A DNA stretch of 64,000 bases. Origin: Fimicolochytrium jonesii. Taxonomy: Eukaryota. Location: positions 372,001-436,000 of the forward strand of contig NW_026515675.1 of NCBI RefSeq assembly GCF_025526975.1, read 5' to 3'. Position numbers and translations under genes: made by a program. Below the pieces are notes generated by a model, which ran no database searches, was not told where the DNA came from, and worked only from the letters and a program-made list of their open reading frames with translations. Shown here one piece after another: positions 36,856 through 48,553 of this stretch. Position 1 is the first letter of the stretch. Every line of letters starts with the position of its first letter.

Positions 36856-37285
36856 GAGCATTACCCATCACCGTTGCCTACCTCAGTAAAGGGATTTAAG
36901 AATCTGCCACCATTAAAGCCGATAGCTTTCTTTAGACGGAAGATGCAGTCTGCTGAAACACGTTACCCCGTGCATGAACAGGAGCTATTAGCTCTGGTTA
37001 AGATATGCAAGGCGAATAGGCATTACTTGCAGGATTGGATAAATGATCGCCCGTTTCGAGCGTTCACCGATCACGCTAGTTTGGTCAGGCTGCAGACACA
37101 GCCCTTCCTTAGCCATCGCCAAGCACGGTGGGTTGAATTCCTGCAACAGTTCAAATTTGATATTGAATATCAACCTGGTCGTTGGAACACCGTCCCTGAT
37201 GTGTTGAGTCGTAATCCTTATTACGCCCCATGCTGCGCCGAGTGTAACAAGCGAGCTGAGATTGCTGCAGCCATGGGAATGTCCG
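36856..37285 (+). pseudogene. Gypsy A RNase H, interrupted by the family B element
   Basis: AETRYPVHEQELLA, FTDHASL, RQARWVEFLQQF, DVLSR. Confidence 0.88.
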
Positions 37286-37290
37286 TCAAG

Positions 37291-37820
37291 TGTTATGAAT
37301 GGGCGGAGCCGATGGAAATAGAGGCGACTTGTGGTGCAGGTTGTTGACAGGTAATGGTATTCAGTCCGAAACAAGAACTAGAACAAGACTAGGAAGAACT
37401 GGGGTTGATCTGCTGGGGGATCAGGAAGTGGGGAGCTCAGGGGAGGCGGCTATTTATGTTTTCCTGGGAAGGCTGGGGAAGCGTGGGGAAGCAGAAGGGT
37501 ACGGAATGAGAGGGAAGCCAAGAGAAGCGCCAAGGGTGGGGAAGCATAGAAACAGAAGACTGGGGATGGGGTGGCTACGCTGAGGCTGTGGGCGGGTACG
37601 TGGGGAAGTATGGAGAAGGGTTTGTGAGCGCCGAGTGTTGGGAGGTGTGGCTACGTGCGGCTGCGTGGAGAAATGAAGGCAGTGGCAGGTGTGGGGTAGC
37701 GCGGCTGCGTGCGGCTGCGAGGTTTGGCAGATGTCAGGTTTTGACAGGGAATTGACATTGACTGACTGTTGGGATGCTGTCATGAGGTAAGCGCATGGTA
37801 TGGACGCGTCGTCCATAACA
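37291..37820 (-). repeat. Gypsy B 3' LTR
   Basis: TGTTATG...CATAACA; about 7 substitutions versus the 5' LTR by eye. Confidence 0.93.
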
Positions 37821-40800
37821 TCACCCCCTCCTTTAGCCACGGCGTCCGGATGTTGTTTTGATGTTGGCAGGCTTTGGTCGGGGTTTGTCGGGGTACTTTT
37901 GGTGGAACTGGGCAACAAGCTCTTGACATCGGGCAAGGTGTTCCACTGGCTCCCATGTGTTCTCCAAGCTTGGCCAACCCTGCCACTTGATGAGGTACTG
38001 AAGGTGCGTGCGTCGAATACGGGAGTCAAGAATGTCTTCCACAATCCATTCCTCCTGTCCTTCGACTTCTTCTGGTGGGGTGGGTTCTGGCTCAGTTCGC
38101 TCCGGAATGGTGAAACGTGGTTCAAGAAGGGAGACATGGAAGACGTTGTGAATTTTGTAGGATGGGGGAAGCTTGAGGCGATATGTGACCGAGTTGATCT
38201 TCTCCGTGATTGTGAAGGGGCCAATCTTACGGTGATCAAGTTTCTGGGAAGGTCGGAGAGTCTTGAGATTCCGCTGTAAGAGCCAGACACTGTCCCCGGG
38301 TTTCATGTCTGGGCCAGGTGCCCTCTTAGCATCGGCAAAGCGCTTCATGCGTCCTTGGGCCTCCTTGAGCTCAGTGGCAAGCTGTTCATGGATTTCCTTG
38401 AGATGGTTGGCACGAGCTTCGGCTGCAGGATTAAGGGATTCGGTTGTGGTGGCGGAAGCCAGACTAAATCGAGGATGGAACCCATAGTTGGCGTAGAAGG
38501 GGGTTGTCTGGGTGGCGGAGTGGATGGTGTTATTGTAAGAGAACTCAGCAGAAGACAAGAGTTCCTTCCAGTTATCTTGTTGATAGTTGCAAAAGCAGCG
38601 AAGGTATTGCTCAAGAATCTGATTGGTCCGCTCGGTTTGTCCATCGCTCTGGGGATGGAACGCCGATGAGAGGTTGACCTTGGTTCCCAGGAGAGCGAAG
38701 AGACGTTTCCAGAAGTGGGAGTTGAACTGTGGGCCACGGTCAGATACAATATCGTCGGGGAGTCCATGGAGCCGGATGACATGGTGCCAGATCAGATCTG
38801 CAGTTGACTCAGCGGTGGCAGTTTTCCTGCACGGTACAAAGTGCGCCATCTTGGTGAACCGGCAGATGACAACGAGCACAGAATCAACCCCATCACTGGC
38901 GGGTAGATCCGTGATGAAGTCCATGGAAATTGACCCCCAGGGGCGGTCAGGGACCTGCAGGGGTTGGAGGAGACCGTAGGGCTTGTGTCTGCTGGTCTTG
39001 GCTTGAGCACATACGTCGCAGGACCTGATGTAGGACTTGACAAAACGCCACTGGTTAGGCAGGCCACCAGTAGTTGCGTGAGATGAGCTCCAGGGTCTTT
39101 GACATGCCGTAGTGTCCTGCCAAACGCGTGTCATGCATGTCCCGGCAGATCTCAGCACGGAGCTTGTTGGTGGGGACGTAGACAAGGTTGTCGTACAGCA
39201 GAACCCCATTTTCCTCGGAGAATCGCTTTATCCGTTCTTGGTCTTCTTGAGATTGCTGGGCAATGGGGGCCCTAAGCTGTCGCCGGATGGTTTGCGCAAA
39301 CACATCGGATGCCAGGGCAGCTTTGATTTGGTCAAGGAGCGAGGAGTCCAGTGGGGTCAGATAAGTGGCGGCCAGGCGGAGATGGTCAGGGGTGAGGATC
39401 GTGGTTTCCTGGGAGCGGAATGCTTCTTCCCCCTCCCTTAGCTCGTATTCAGAGCGACGAGAGAGGGCGTCAGCTTGGTGTTGCTGGGTACCAGGGCGGT
39501 ATGTGATGAGAAAGTCGAAATCAGCAAAGAAGATTGACCAGCGGGATTGGCGGCGGTTGAGGGTACGGGTAGTCATGAAGTACTGGAGGTTCTTGTGGTC
39601 ACAGTAAAGGATGACCTTGTGGCGGGCACCAATGAGGTGGTGTGGCCATTGAGCAAATGAGTCTTGGATAGCCAGGAGTTCCTTGTCGTAGATCTCATAG
39701 TTGATTTCCTCAGGAGTAAATTTGCGGGAGTGAAAGGCCACGGGGTGGAGTTGATCTGTGTCATCGGGTTGAAGGAGGACGGCGCCAAGGGCAAAGTCGG
39801 AGGCATCGGATTCGACAATGAAGGGCTTGTCAGGGTCGGGGTGAGTCAGGATAGGTGCGGAGGTGAAGGCTTTCTTGAGGGTTTCAAAAGCTAGGTGTGC
39901 AGCGTGGGTCCATTTGAATGGCAAGTCTTTGCGAGTGAGCGTGGTCAGGGGTGCAACGATCGCAGAGTACCCTTTGATGAATCGCCGGTAGAAGTTGGCA
40001 AAACCAAGGAAGCGCTGGATGCCTTTGACATTCGTCGGGGGTTCCCATTCGGTAATGGCAGCCGTCTTCTTTGGGTCCATGGAAATGCCTTGCTGGGAGA
40101 TGATAAACCCCAGGAACTCAACAGAGTCACGGTTGAATTCGCATTTTTCCGGTTTCGCATACAGCCCGTGCTGGCGGAGTCGTGAGAGCACCTCTCGGAC
40201 GTGGTTGGGGTGGTCTTCTGGTTTTTTGAGAAGATCAGAATGTCGTCAAGGTAGACCACAACAAAAATGTCGAGAATGTCACGGAATATGTCGTTCATGA
40301 GGTGTTGGAATACTCCAGGGGCATTGGTGAGCCCAAACGGCATGACATCATACTCGAATAGGCCGTAGCGACATCGGAACGCTGTCTTCCATTCATCCCC
40401 TGGCCGGATCCGAAGAAGGTTGTAGGCTCCCCGGAGGTCAATCTTGGTGAGCCGGCGTGCCCCTCGAAGACGATCCATGATGCTGTTAATCAAGGGCAAG
40501 GGATAGCGATTCTTGATGGTGATATTGTTGAGTCCACGATAGTCGACGCACAGACAGAGGGAACCGTCCTTTTTCTTGACAAAGAGGACTGGGGCACCGG
40601 CGGGAGACTTGGAGTGCTTGAAGAACCCCTTAGCTAGGTTCTCTTCAAGGTAGTCACAGAGTGCCTGCATTTCAGGCTCGCTGAGACTATAGATCGGGCC
40701 GAACGGTGGCTGTTTGCCCTCTTCTAAGTCGATGGGACAGTCGTAGGGTCGGTGCTCTGGGAGGGTATCCGCGTTCTTCTTGGCGAAGACGTCCGCAAAA

Positions 40801-42639
40801 TCTTGGTATTCTTCAGGAATGATGGCCTTCGGATCTTTTGGAGGAGTGGTCGCCAGGGCTTGGGAATCTGACTTGGTCGGATTGGCGTAGGCAATGAATG
40901 CCTGGTCATGCCTTGCCGCCACACGGAAAGCTGGGGCGCTGATAAACGATACGTGGATCGGTGTGGGTGCTGGGTCCAGTGTGTTGGGTGTCTGGGCTAG
41001 TGAGACTGAAATCTCGTCTTGATGGATACGGATCAGAGGTTCAGGGGTTTTTGAGGGTTTCGGGCTAGGTTCTGTTGGCAGGGCATCCCAGGAGGCGTAT
41101 TGTCCAAAACCGCAATGGCAGCGGACGCAAAGAGTGCGAGTCTTCCAGTGTAGCTCCACATCATGGAGCTCAAACCAGGGAAGCCCCAGGATGATTGGCG
41201 CATGCGGGGAACATGTCACATGGAATACCACCTCCTCAAAATGGTCGTTGACCCACATACCCAAAGGTTGGGTGTGATGGGTAATGGAGCCCGCATGGCT
41301 GGGACGTCCGTCAACCAGTGCAAGCGCAATGGGTCCTCCTTCTTGACAAGTGGGATGCGGTGCTTGCGGGCATAACTTTTGTCGATGAAGCACGACATCG
41401 CACCGGTGTCGAGTAGTGCTGAAAGCTGAACTGGAGCTCGCTGGGCCGATATCTGCAGGGTAACAGGGTACTCGAATGGTGAGGATGGGCCCAAAGTCCG
41501 CATGGGTGAGGGTATCTCAGATAGGAGATTGACATTGTTGGTGGTCAGGAGAAGGGTGTTGCTGGAGATGCCAGGATCGGAGCAAGGTTTTGTGGCTTCT
41601 CCCTTGGCAGTACTTGCGTGGTGAGAAGGCCCAGGACAGGTATTGCCCAGCTGCTCGGCCTTTACTGCAGCTGGACTTGGGCAAAATCCTGGATGGGTGC
41701 AGGTTCCTTAACCGCGACATTCGCCGTGCGTATCTTGTTCGGGCAGAGTTTGGCTATGTGGCCAGGTTTACCACAATAGAGGCAAAGTTTGTTTGTGATG
41801 CGGTGTTGGCGCTCTAGCGGTGTGAGGGGTCCTCACGGACGAGCAGCGTCAATGATCATAGGGTCGTCTGGGCGGTTGTCGGGGCCCATGAGGGTGGGGC
41901 TAGTGGTAACTGGCACATAGGGCTGTCGGTTCCTGCTTCGCTCTAGACGGCGCTCAAACAATCGGTTGTCACATTGGATGGCCTGTTCCATCACGGTGTC
42001 GATTGAGGCGGTAGGGGGCATCGTGAGCATTAAGTCCTTGACGTCTTCTTTGAGGCCGCGACGGAAGGTGGCAATCAATGCCTGGTCATTCCACGACACA
42101 TCGCATTGCAGCTGTCGGAATTCAGCTACATACTCTGTTGCTGCACGGGTTTGTCGAAGGTTCTGGAGCTTGTTTTCGGATGTGCGGATCCTGTCGCTGT
42201 CTCCAGAGACTGCTTGCATTTGCTGGATGAAATCATCCAGGTTCGTAAGGGAATGATGGTCTTGTTCGACAAGGGGCGCCAGCCAGGCCTGGGCGGTGCC
42301 AGTGAGGTAGGTGCCAATAGTTCGTATCTTGGTCTGATCGTTGGGGTAGCGCCTGGGTTGGAGGGCGAACATGAGCCGGATCTGGTTGAGGAACCCACAG
42401 AACTTGCTTCGGGTGCCATCAAATTTGTCTGGGAGACTGATTTTGGGTTCGGGGGCGTGGGTGGCAGGGGCAGTGGTCTGGGTTTGCGCTAGTTCGGCTT
42501 GTAGGGTGGTATTCTGTGCTCGAAGTTCGTCAATCGCATTGCACATGGCTTGCCAGGCTTCGGCCGTGAGGGGAAGGGCGTCGGACATGGTGATTTGGCG
42601 TGGAGGTACAGCGGCGGGGGGTTGTTGAGCAGATCAAAC

Positions 42640-43169
42640 TGTTATGAATGGGCGGAGCCGATGGAAATAGAGGCGACTTGTGGTGCAGGTTGTTGACAGG
42701 TAATGGTATTCAGACCGAAACAAGAACTAGAACAAGACTAGGAAGAACTGGTGTTGATCTGCTGGGGGATCAGGAAGTGGGGAGCTCAGGGGAGGCGGCT
42801 ATTTATGTTTTTCTGGGAAGGCCGGGGAAGCGTGGGGAAGCAGAAGGGTACGGAATGAGAGGGAAGCCAAGAGAAGCGCCAAGGGTGGGGAAGCATAGAA
42901 ACAGAAGACTGGGGATGGGGTGGCTACGCTGAGGCTGTGGGCGGGTACATGGGGAAGTATGGAGAAGGGTTTGTAAGCGCCGAGTGTTGGGAGGTGTGGC
43001 TACGTGCGGCTGCGTGGAGAAATGAAGGCAGTGGCAGGTGTGGGGTAGCGCGGCTGCGTGCGGCTGCAAGGTTTGGCAGATGTCAGGTTTTGACAGGGAA
43101 TTGACATTGACTGACTGTTGGGATGCTGTCATGAGGTAAGCGCATGGTATGGACGCGTCGTCCATAACA
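42640..43169 (-). repeat. Gypsy B 5' LTR
   Basis: TGTTATG...CATAACA; lies upstream of the gag ATG at 42588. Confidence 0.93.
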
Positions 43170-43174
43170 TCAAG

Positions 43175-44637
43175 TATATTCTTTTGGGGAATGTTACGCT
43201 TGAGGATTGGATATAAACCTTGGAGGCTGATGAGTACTTTGCTTCTCAGAAGAATGCGTTGTCACAGCCAAAGGAACAGCAGTCTACATTCGATCGACGT
43301 TTTTCAATCGATGAGCATGATTGTTTACTGTATCACGATAAGTTCTACGTGCCAGCTGCTTTACGAGGAACTGTATTGCAAGCTTGCCGACAGGTAAGCG
43401 TGTTGGCTTACTTCGTTTGCTCCCAATTCCCGACCGATGCTGGCACATGATTGGTATGGATCCTGTCTTGATGCCAATAACACGGTCGTGGGGGGGGGGA
43501 AGGTGCATAGTGATGCGTTCTACAACAGTACTATTGTCTTCATCAACTATCTGTCATCGCACGCGTACTTTATACCTGCAACACCCCCAATAACTGCTGA
43601 GGAGTTGGCCCAGCTTTACTTCCGTCAAGCATAGCGCCATACAGGTACTGTAGCTGTGATTGTCGGAGATCAAGATCCACGCTACCTGGCAGAGTTCTGG
43701 AAGGTGTTTCAATTGTTGTTGGGCTCTAAGCAGAGCTTGAGCACGGCACGACACCAACAGACGGACGGAAAGGGCGAACGGTGTCTCCCTATCTTGAAGA
43801 GGAAGCTTAAACCATACCTTGATGTAACGGGAGACGATTGGGTTGACAAACTGCCGTTGTTGGAGTTTGCCTACAACCGTATGCAGAACAGCACTGGATA
43901 CTGCCCTTTCGAGGTTGATCTGGGTAGAATTCCGCAGGCACCGATGCATTGGCAAGTTGATGCAAAGGTGTTGCAACGTATGGACGATATGTAGATCCCA
44001 TTCTTGCATAAGTCACGACGTGAGCTCATTGTACAGATGGAGAAGCGTGCTGAGGCATACTGATCCATTGAACTCATAGTGCATCAGAGACTGCAGGAAG
44101 CCCAGGACAAACAAGCGAAGTATCACGATCGTGAACGTCACAGCGACGGGATAACAATCCCTGCTTTCAACAAGAAGCCGCTCAAGTTCAGACAGAGCTG
44201 GCTTGGACCCTTCATCGTGAAGAAGGAAGGACCACACCCGGAAACATACGAGTTAGAGCTGCCAGCTTCAATGGGCGCTTTATACCCGGTCTTCCAGACG
44301 GATATCTTGAAGCCATGGCACGAGGCGACTCTAGATCCAATGCGCATCGACAATGTAGATGACTCTAACCCAATGCCCATCCAAGTCAAAGGCGAGAAAG
44401 AATACTACTAGGTTGCTCCATGGAAAACCTCAGTATCTCGTTCAGTGGGTTGGTTGGCCACCTGAGCAGACTACATGGGAAACGCACGAGCGAGTGAAAG
44501 ACTGCGCTGCATTGGACGACTTCATCTTGGTCCTTGGTGAAGTAGAATCCATTACAATTAAGCGAAAGTTGAAGCGCTCCAAGGGAACTGAGGCTGTGCA
44601 ATGCAAGAGTGCACAGTTGGCTGAAAGCCATGAATGA
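43175..44637 (+). pseudogene. Degenerate Gypsy A integrase and chromodomain (right copy)
   Basis: Continues the RNase H at 36856-37285 across the B insertion; same motifs as 20382-21849. Confidence 0.85.
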
Positions 44638-44933
44638 TCTGTAGCCGGATGGGACCTTCTGTTCAAGAAAAACATCGGATATCGCTGCAATTGAGCAGAG
44701 AAGTTCTCATTCACGATATTGTTGGACATAAGTCAAAGCTGTGGAGGGATTGCATCGTGCTACACAAAACGAGTGTTACCATGACCCCTTCATGGTAAAC
44801 GACATCCGCATAGGGTAAATGCATTTACGGCCGCCATCCATAATGAGTAAGCAGGAAGTGATCACTCCTGGAGACTCAGTGGTTGTATGCCCGGAGGTAC
44901 ACATAGGCATTGACTCTGAACAACAGAGCTTTG

Positions 44934-47900
44934 TATTGAGATAGCACCAAGATGCGGCACTTAGAAGGCTCTGCAAGACTTAGGACGCGTCTTGGAAGGC
45001 TCTGAAGATGTCTGGACCAGTTCCCAGACATCCAGGCGTCAGCACTGCGCTTTCATGATGTTCTTAGAGCTCATGGCGGTCAGTAGTGCCCGTATGGAGC
45101 TGTGATTGGGTTGTAGTAGCTAGAATGGACTTTATTGGGCTTGTGGAAGCCTGCAGCACCTTCCGCGGGCTCCGCGGACTTGGCAGACGTCCATGAGGGC
45201 ATCAGCAGGCTACACAGACTTGGCAAAACCTTACCAACCTTAACTGCGGCACTCAGAGACGCCTTGGGCGTTCTGAGGGGGTCTCAAAAGGTGCTTTGGA
45301 CGCCCCAGCACATAGCTAAATCCCCAAGAAAGAAGCCCCAGATTTGTATAAAAGGAAGACCTGTTGCCCATCCCCTCTCTTCACTTTATCCTCTTCAATA
45401 CACTACTTTCTATCGCACTACTCTAGCCACACTACTGTCTTCTACATCACAACACTGCCCTTTGGGCAGCTACATCCCTCAGTCATCGGCAACCCAGTCT
45501 TAGGGACCTCTCAGATACACCTATATCAGCTAAGGTTTCAATAGGTTATGAGCCCTGAGCTTTATCATCACTAAAACCGTCTTCGCCAATCCCATTCAAG
45601 ACGTTCCCAACCCCCTACGGACGCTTCCTACGCCCTACACTCCACATATCCCTCCAAAATCACCAGTTTCCGACCGAAAAACGCGCCAAAGTGCTCAACT
45701 CGAAAAGATACGCACTACTTGACACCCAAAACGCGTCCAACAATACAGCGTCATCCAAAACGCGTCCACACACCCGAAACAGACAACTTTAGCTCGAACA
45801 CACAATGGCTGGAGACTCAGAGACTTCGAAACTTATGGTGGATAAGTTCACAGGGAGAACTACCATCTATGGAAGTTTAGGATGATGATGATGTTGAAGG
45901 CAAAGGGACTTTGGGTGGCAATGGAAGTTGGGAAGAAGGAGAAGGAAGGAGCTACGGCTACAGCAAGCTCGTCGCAGGGAAAGGGGGCTGACGGGGAGGA
46001 GGAGGAGTCGATGGAGAGGAAAGACAAGAGGGCTTTGGCATACATCTGCCTCAGTCTGAACGACACGCAGCTTATGCATGTGCATACAGCTCAGACGGCT
46101 TGGGAAGCCTGGTCTAAGCTAGCTGAGGTGCACAAACAAAAGGGGCTCGCCAGCAAGCTCTTCTACGTCGAAAGTTCCTTACCATCACTATGAACGAGTC
46201 TGACTCGATCACAAACCACATCAACAAAGTCAGACAGCTCGCACAACAGCTGGAGGCTAGCGGCGCACCAGTACCCGAAGACGATATCATGACGACCTTG
46301 ATATACAGGTTACCAAACAGCTACAAACAAGTCATCACAAGCCTCGAAAGCAGGGCAGACGACTTAGACATGGAGTTCTTGACGGCCAGACTTCTGAATG
46401 AAGAAGCTAAGCGCAAGGAGAACTCAAAACCAGTCAGATCGACTGGAAACGCCTTCGTTGGGGACGGGGGACACCAGCAGGAGGCTGGGGGTTCAGCCAG
46501 GTTCGCCAGGAAGACGGGAAAGTGCCATCACTGTGGCATTGAAGGGCATTGGAAGAACGAGTGCAAGAAGCTCAAACAAGAGCTAGCTCAAGCCAACAAT
46601 GCACATCAAGCCGAACCACACCAGGCCAGCCAGGGAACTGGGTTCCTCTTCATGGCAACTATGAAACGCACTGAAATCAGCCCAGAGTACTGGAGTATCG
46701 ATTCAGGAGCCTCCTCACACATGACACACGTCAGGGAATGCTCCTGGACTACAAGACGCTGGAAACCGAGATCCAGGTCCAGCCAGCTGACAACCGGTCA
46801 GTCCTAGCCATCGGAACAGGCTCCATCTTGATCAGAACACACGGGGAGCACGCTGGCACCCTTCGAAACGTCCGGTTCATTCCCAAACTGGCAAAGAACC
46901 TCATCTCATTAGCGCAGCTGACTGAGAATGGAGCACAAGTTGAGTTCTCGAGCGCAGAGTGCACAATCAAGACCAGGGACGGTGCTCTCACCTTCAGAGC
47001 TCTCAAGGAGAACGGTCTGTACACCATGACAGCCCAGACTATCCCTGAACACGCCTACTCAGCAGGAGCACTTCGTAGCACACCCTTTCATATCTGGCAT
47101 CAGAGACTCGGTCATCTGAATGCCCAAGACGTCCAGAAGCTCACCAACGGCTACCAACGTGACATCAGAGTCACCGGACACCCTGATGTATCTGCGAAGT
47201 CTGCACACTCTTCGAGCAGTCCAGAGCTCCCTTCCCGAAGAAACAAGCTACCCGAGCCACAGAAGTGCTGACACTCGTCCACACTGACTGACCTCTGTGG
47301 CGTCATGAGGACGTCTACCTCTGGGGGAATCCCCTATTTCGCATCATGGTTTGCGGACAAGTCCAGAATTGTCTGGATCAAGCTCCTAAGCAAGAAAAGC
47401 AATACCTTTGACACCTGGGAAGAGTACAAAGCTCTTATGGAGAAGCAGACTGGGAAATCGATCAAAGCCTTCAGATCTGACAAAGGAGGAGAAAACAAGC
47501 CTACCCAATTCGCTCTTGCTCTCAGAAGGGCTGGAATTCAGCACCAGCGCGCTGCTACCAACACCCCACAGCAGAACGGGGTAGCGGAGCGTATGAACAG
47601 TACTCTAGTCAAAATGGCACGCTTGTGATGTGGACTACCTTCCACACGGGTTGTTTAGCTGATGGTTGTATACAATAGCTACGTTGCCGTAAAGTATTGT
47701 AGATGGACTGGGTGTTTACCGGTGCTGCTATTCAATATTGAGTAACAGAGTTACTTGTTGTGAACAGGAACGCGTGGCAAGCACTGTTAAAAGTACCCAT
47801 GAGGCTGAAGTCCACTGGAGAACACGCTCTCTGCGGGGCAATAATCAAATTATTGCCTCGGACGCGTCAGATACAGTGTATGTGCCGTGCTAATACACTG

Positions 47901-48549
47901 TATGTGCCTCGTTCTCCGACGAGACCGCATAACCCACATTACAACGCTGCCTACTTACTCAGGCCGGTTTCGGACACAAATACTGGGGCAAAGCTCTACT
48001 TGCTGCCCTTCATATCCTAAATTGCTGTCCTATGGTCGCCCTTGACAACTTCAAGACTCCGTATGAAGTTTTCTTCGTTTGCAAGCCCATTCTGAATCAT
48101 CTCAGAGTGTTTGGATGCATAGCATATGCTATGGTTCTCAAGAAAAACCAAGGAAAGGTTCACAACAAAGCCAAGAAGTGTCTCTTTTTTCATGTACAGC
48201 TCCTTCAGCAAAGCCTGGAGGCTTCAATCACATGAACCCGAGAACCAAGGCGCCATTATCGAATCCAGAGACGAGTTCTACAACAGTCTGGAGGACGATG
48301 ACATGCATGAGGACATGTCAGCTCGCTCCCACGACAGCTTAGCGAGCTGAATTCGACCTGGAATCTGACAACACTGCTTCCCGCACATCAAAGCCTACAG
48401 ACAACATCGAATCATGCTTGCACACCGCAGAGGGGGATTCTGAGCTTCCTGATGCATCTCCCCACCCACAACCTGACACTGATCAATGGGCAGAGGCCTC
48501 AGAGGCCCTAGATGACCAGGAAAACATTGAAGAAATCAACTTGGTGCAG
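44934..48549 (+). mobile_element. Second Copia copy (5' LTR 44934-45543, gag, PR, INT), truncated and apparently chimeric
   Basis: LTR, PBS and gag start are near-identical to copy 1 up to ~46160, then increasingly diverged. Ends before RT. Confidence 0.88.
47624..47943 (-). repeat. Solo LTR related to Gypsy A, inserted in the Copia integrase
   Basis: TGTGATGT...ACATTACA with an ACGCT TSD on both sides (47619-47623 and 47944-47948). Confidence 0.9.
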
Positions 48550-48553
48550 GGTA

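Larger units (their letters stand above)
37291..43169 (-). mobile_element. Full-length Tf1/Tf2-like Ty3/Gypsy chromovirus (family B), defective
   Basis: 530-bp LTRs at 37291-37820 and 42640-43169, TCAAG TSD (37286-37290 and 43170-43174), and a PPT next to 37821. Order is gag-CCHC-PR (LLDTGA)-RT (YLDD)-RH-INT-chromodomain. TGA in gag at 41833-41835 and frameshifts near 41330, 40220 and 39060. Confidence 0.95.

Noticed and set aside
18860..46160. The long inverted repeats as terminal inverted repeats of a giant Polinton/virus
   Set aside because: The arms consist wholly of nested LTR-retrotransposon parts, have no sharp outer end or TSD, and fade into an older Copia copy.
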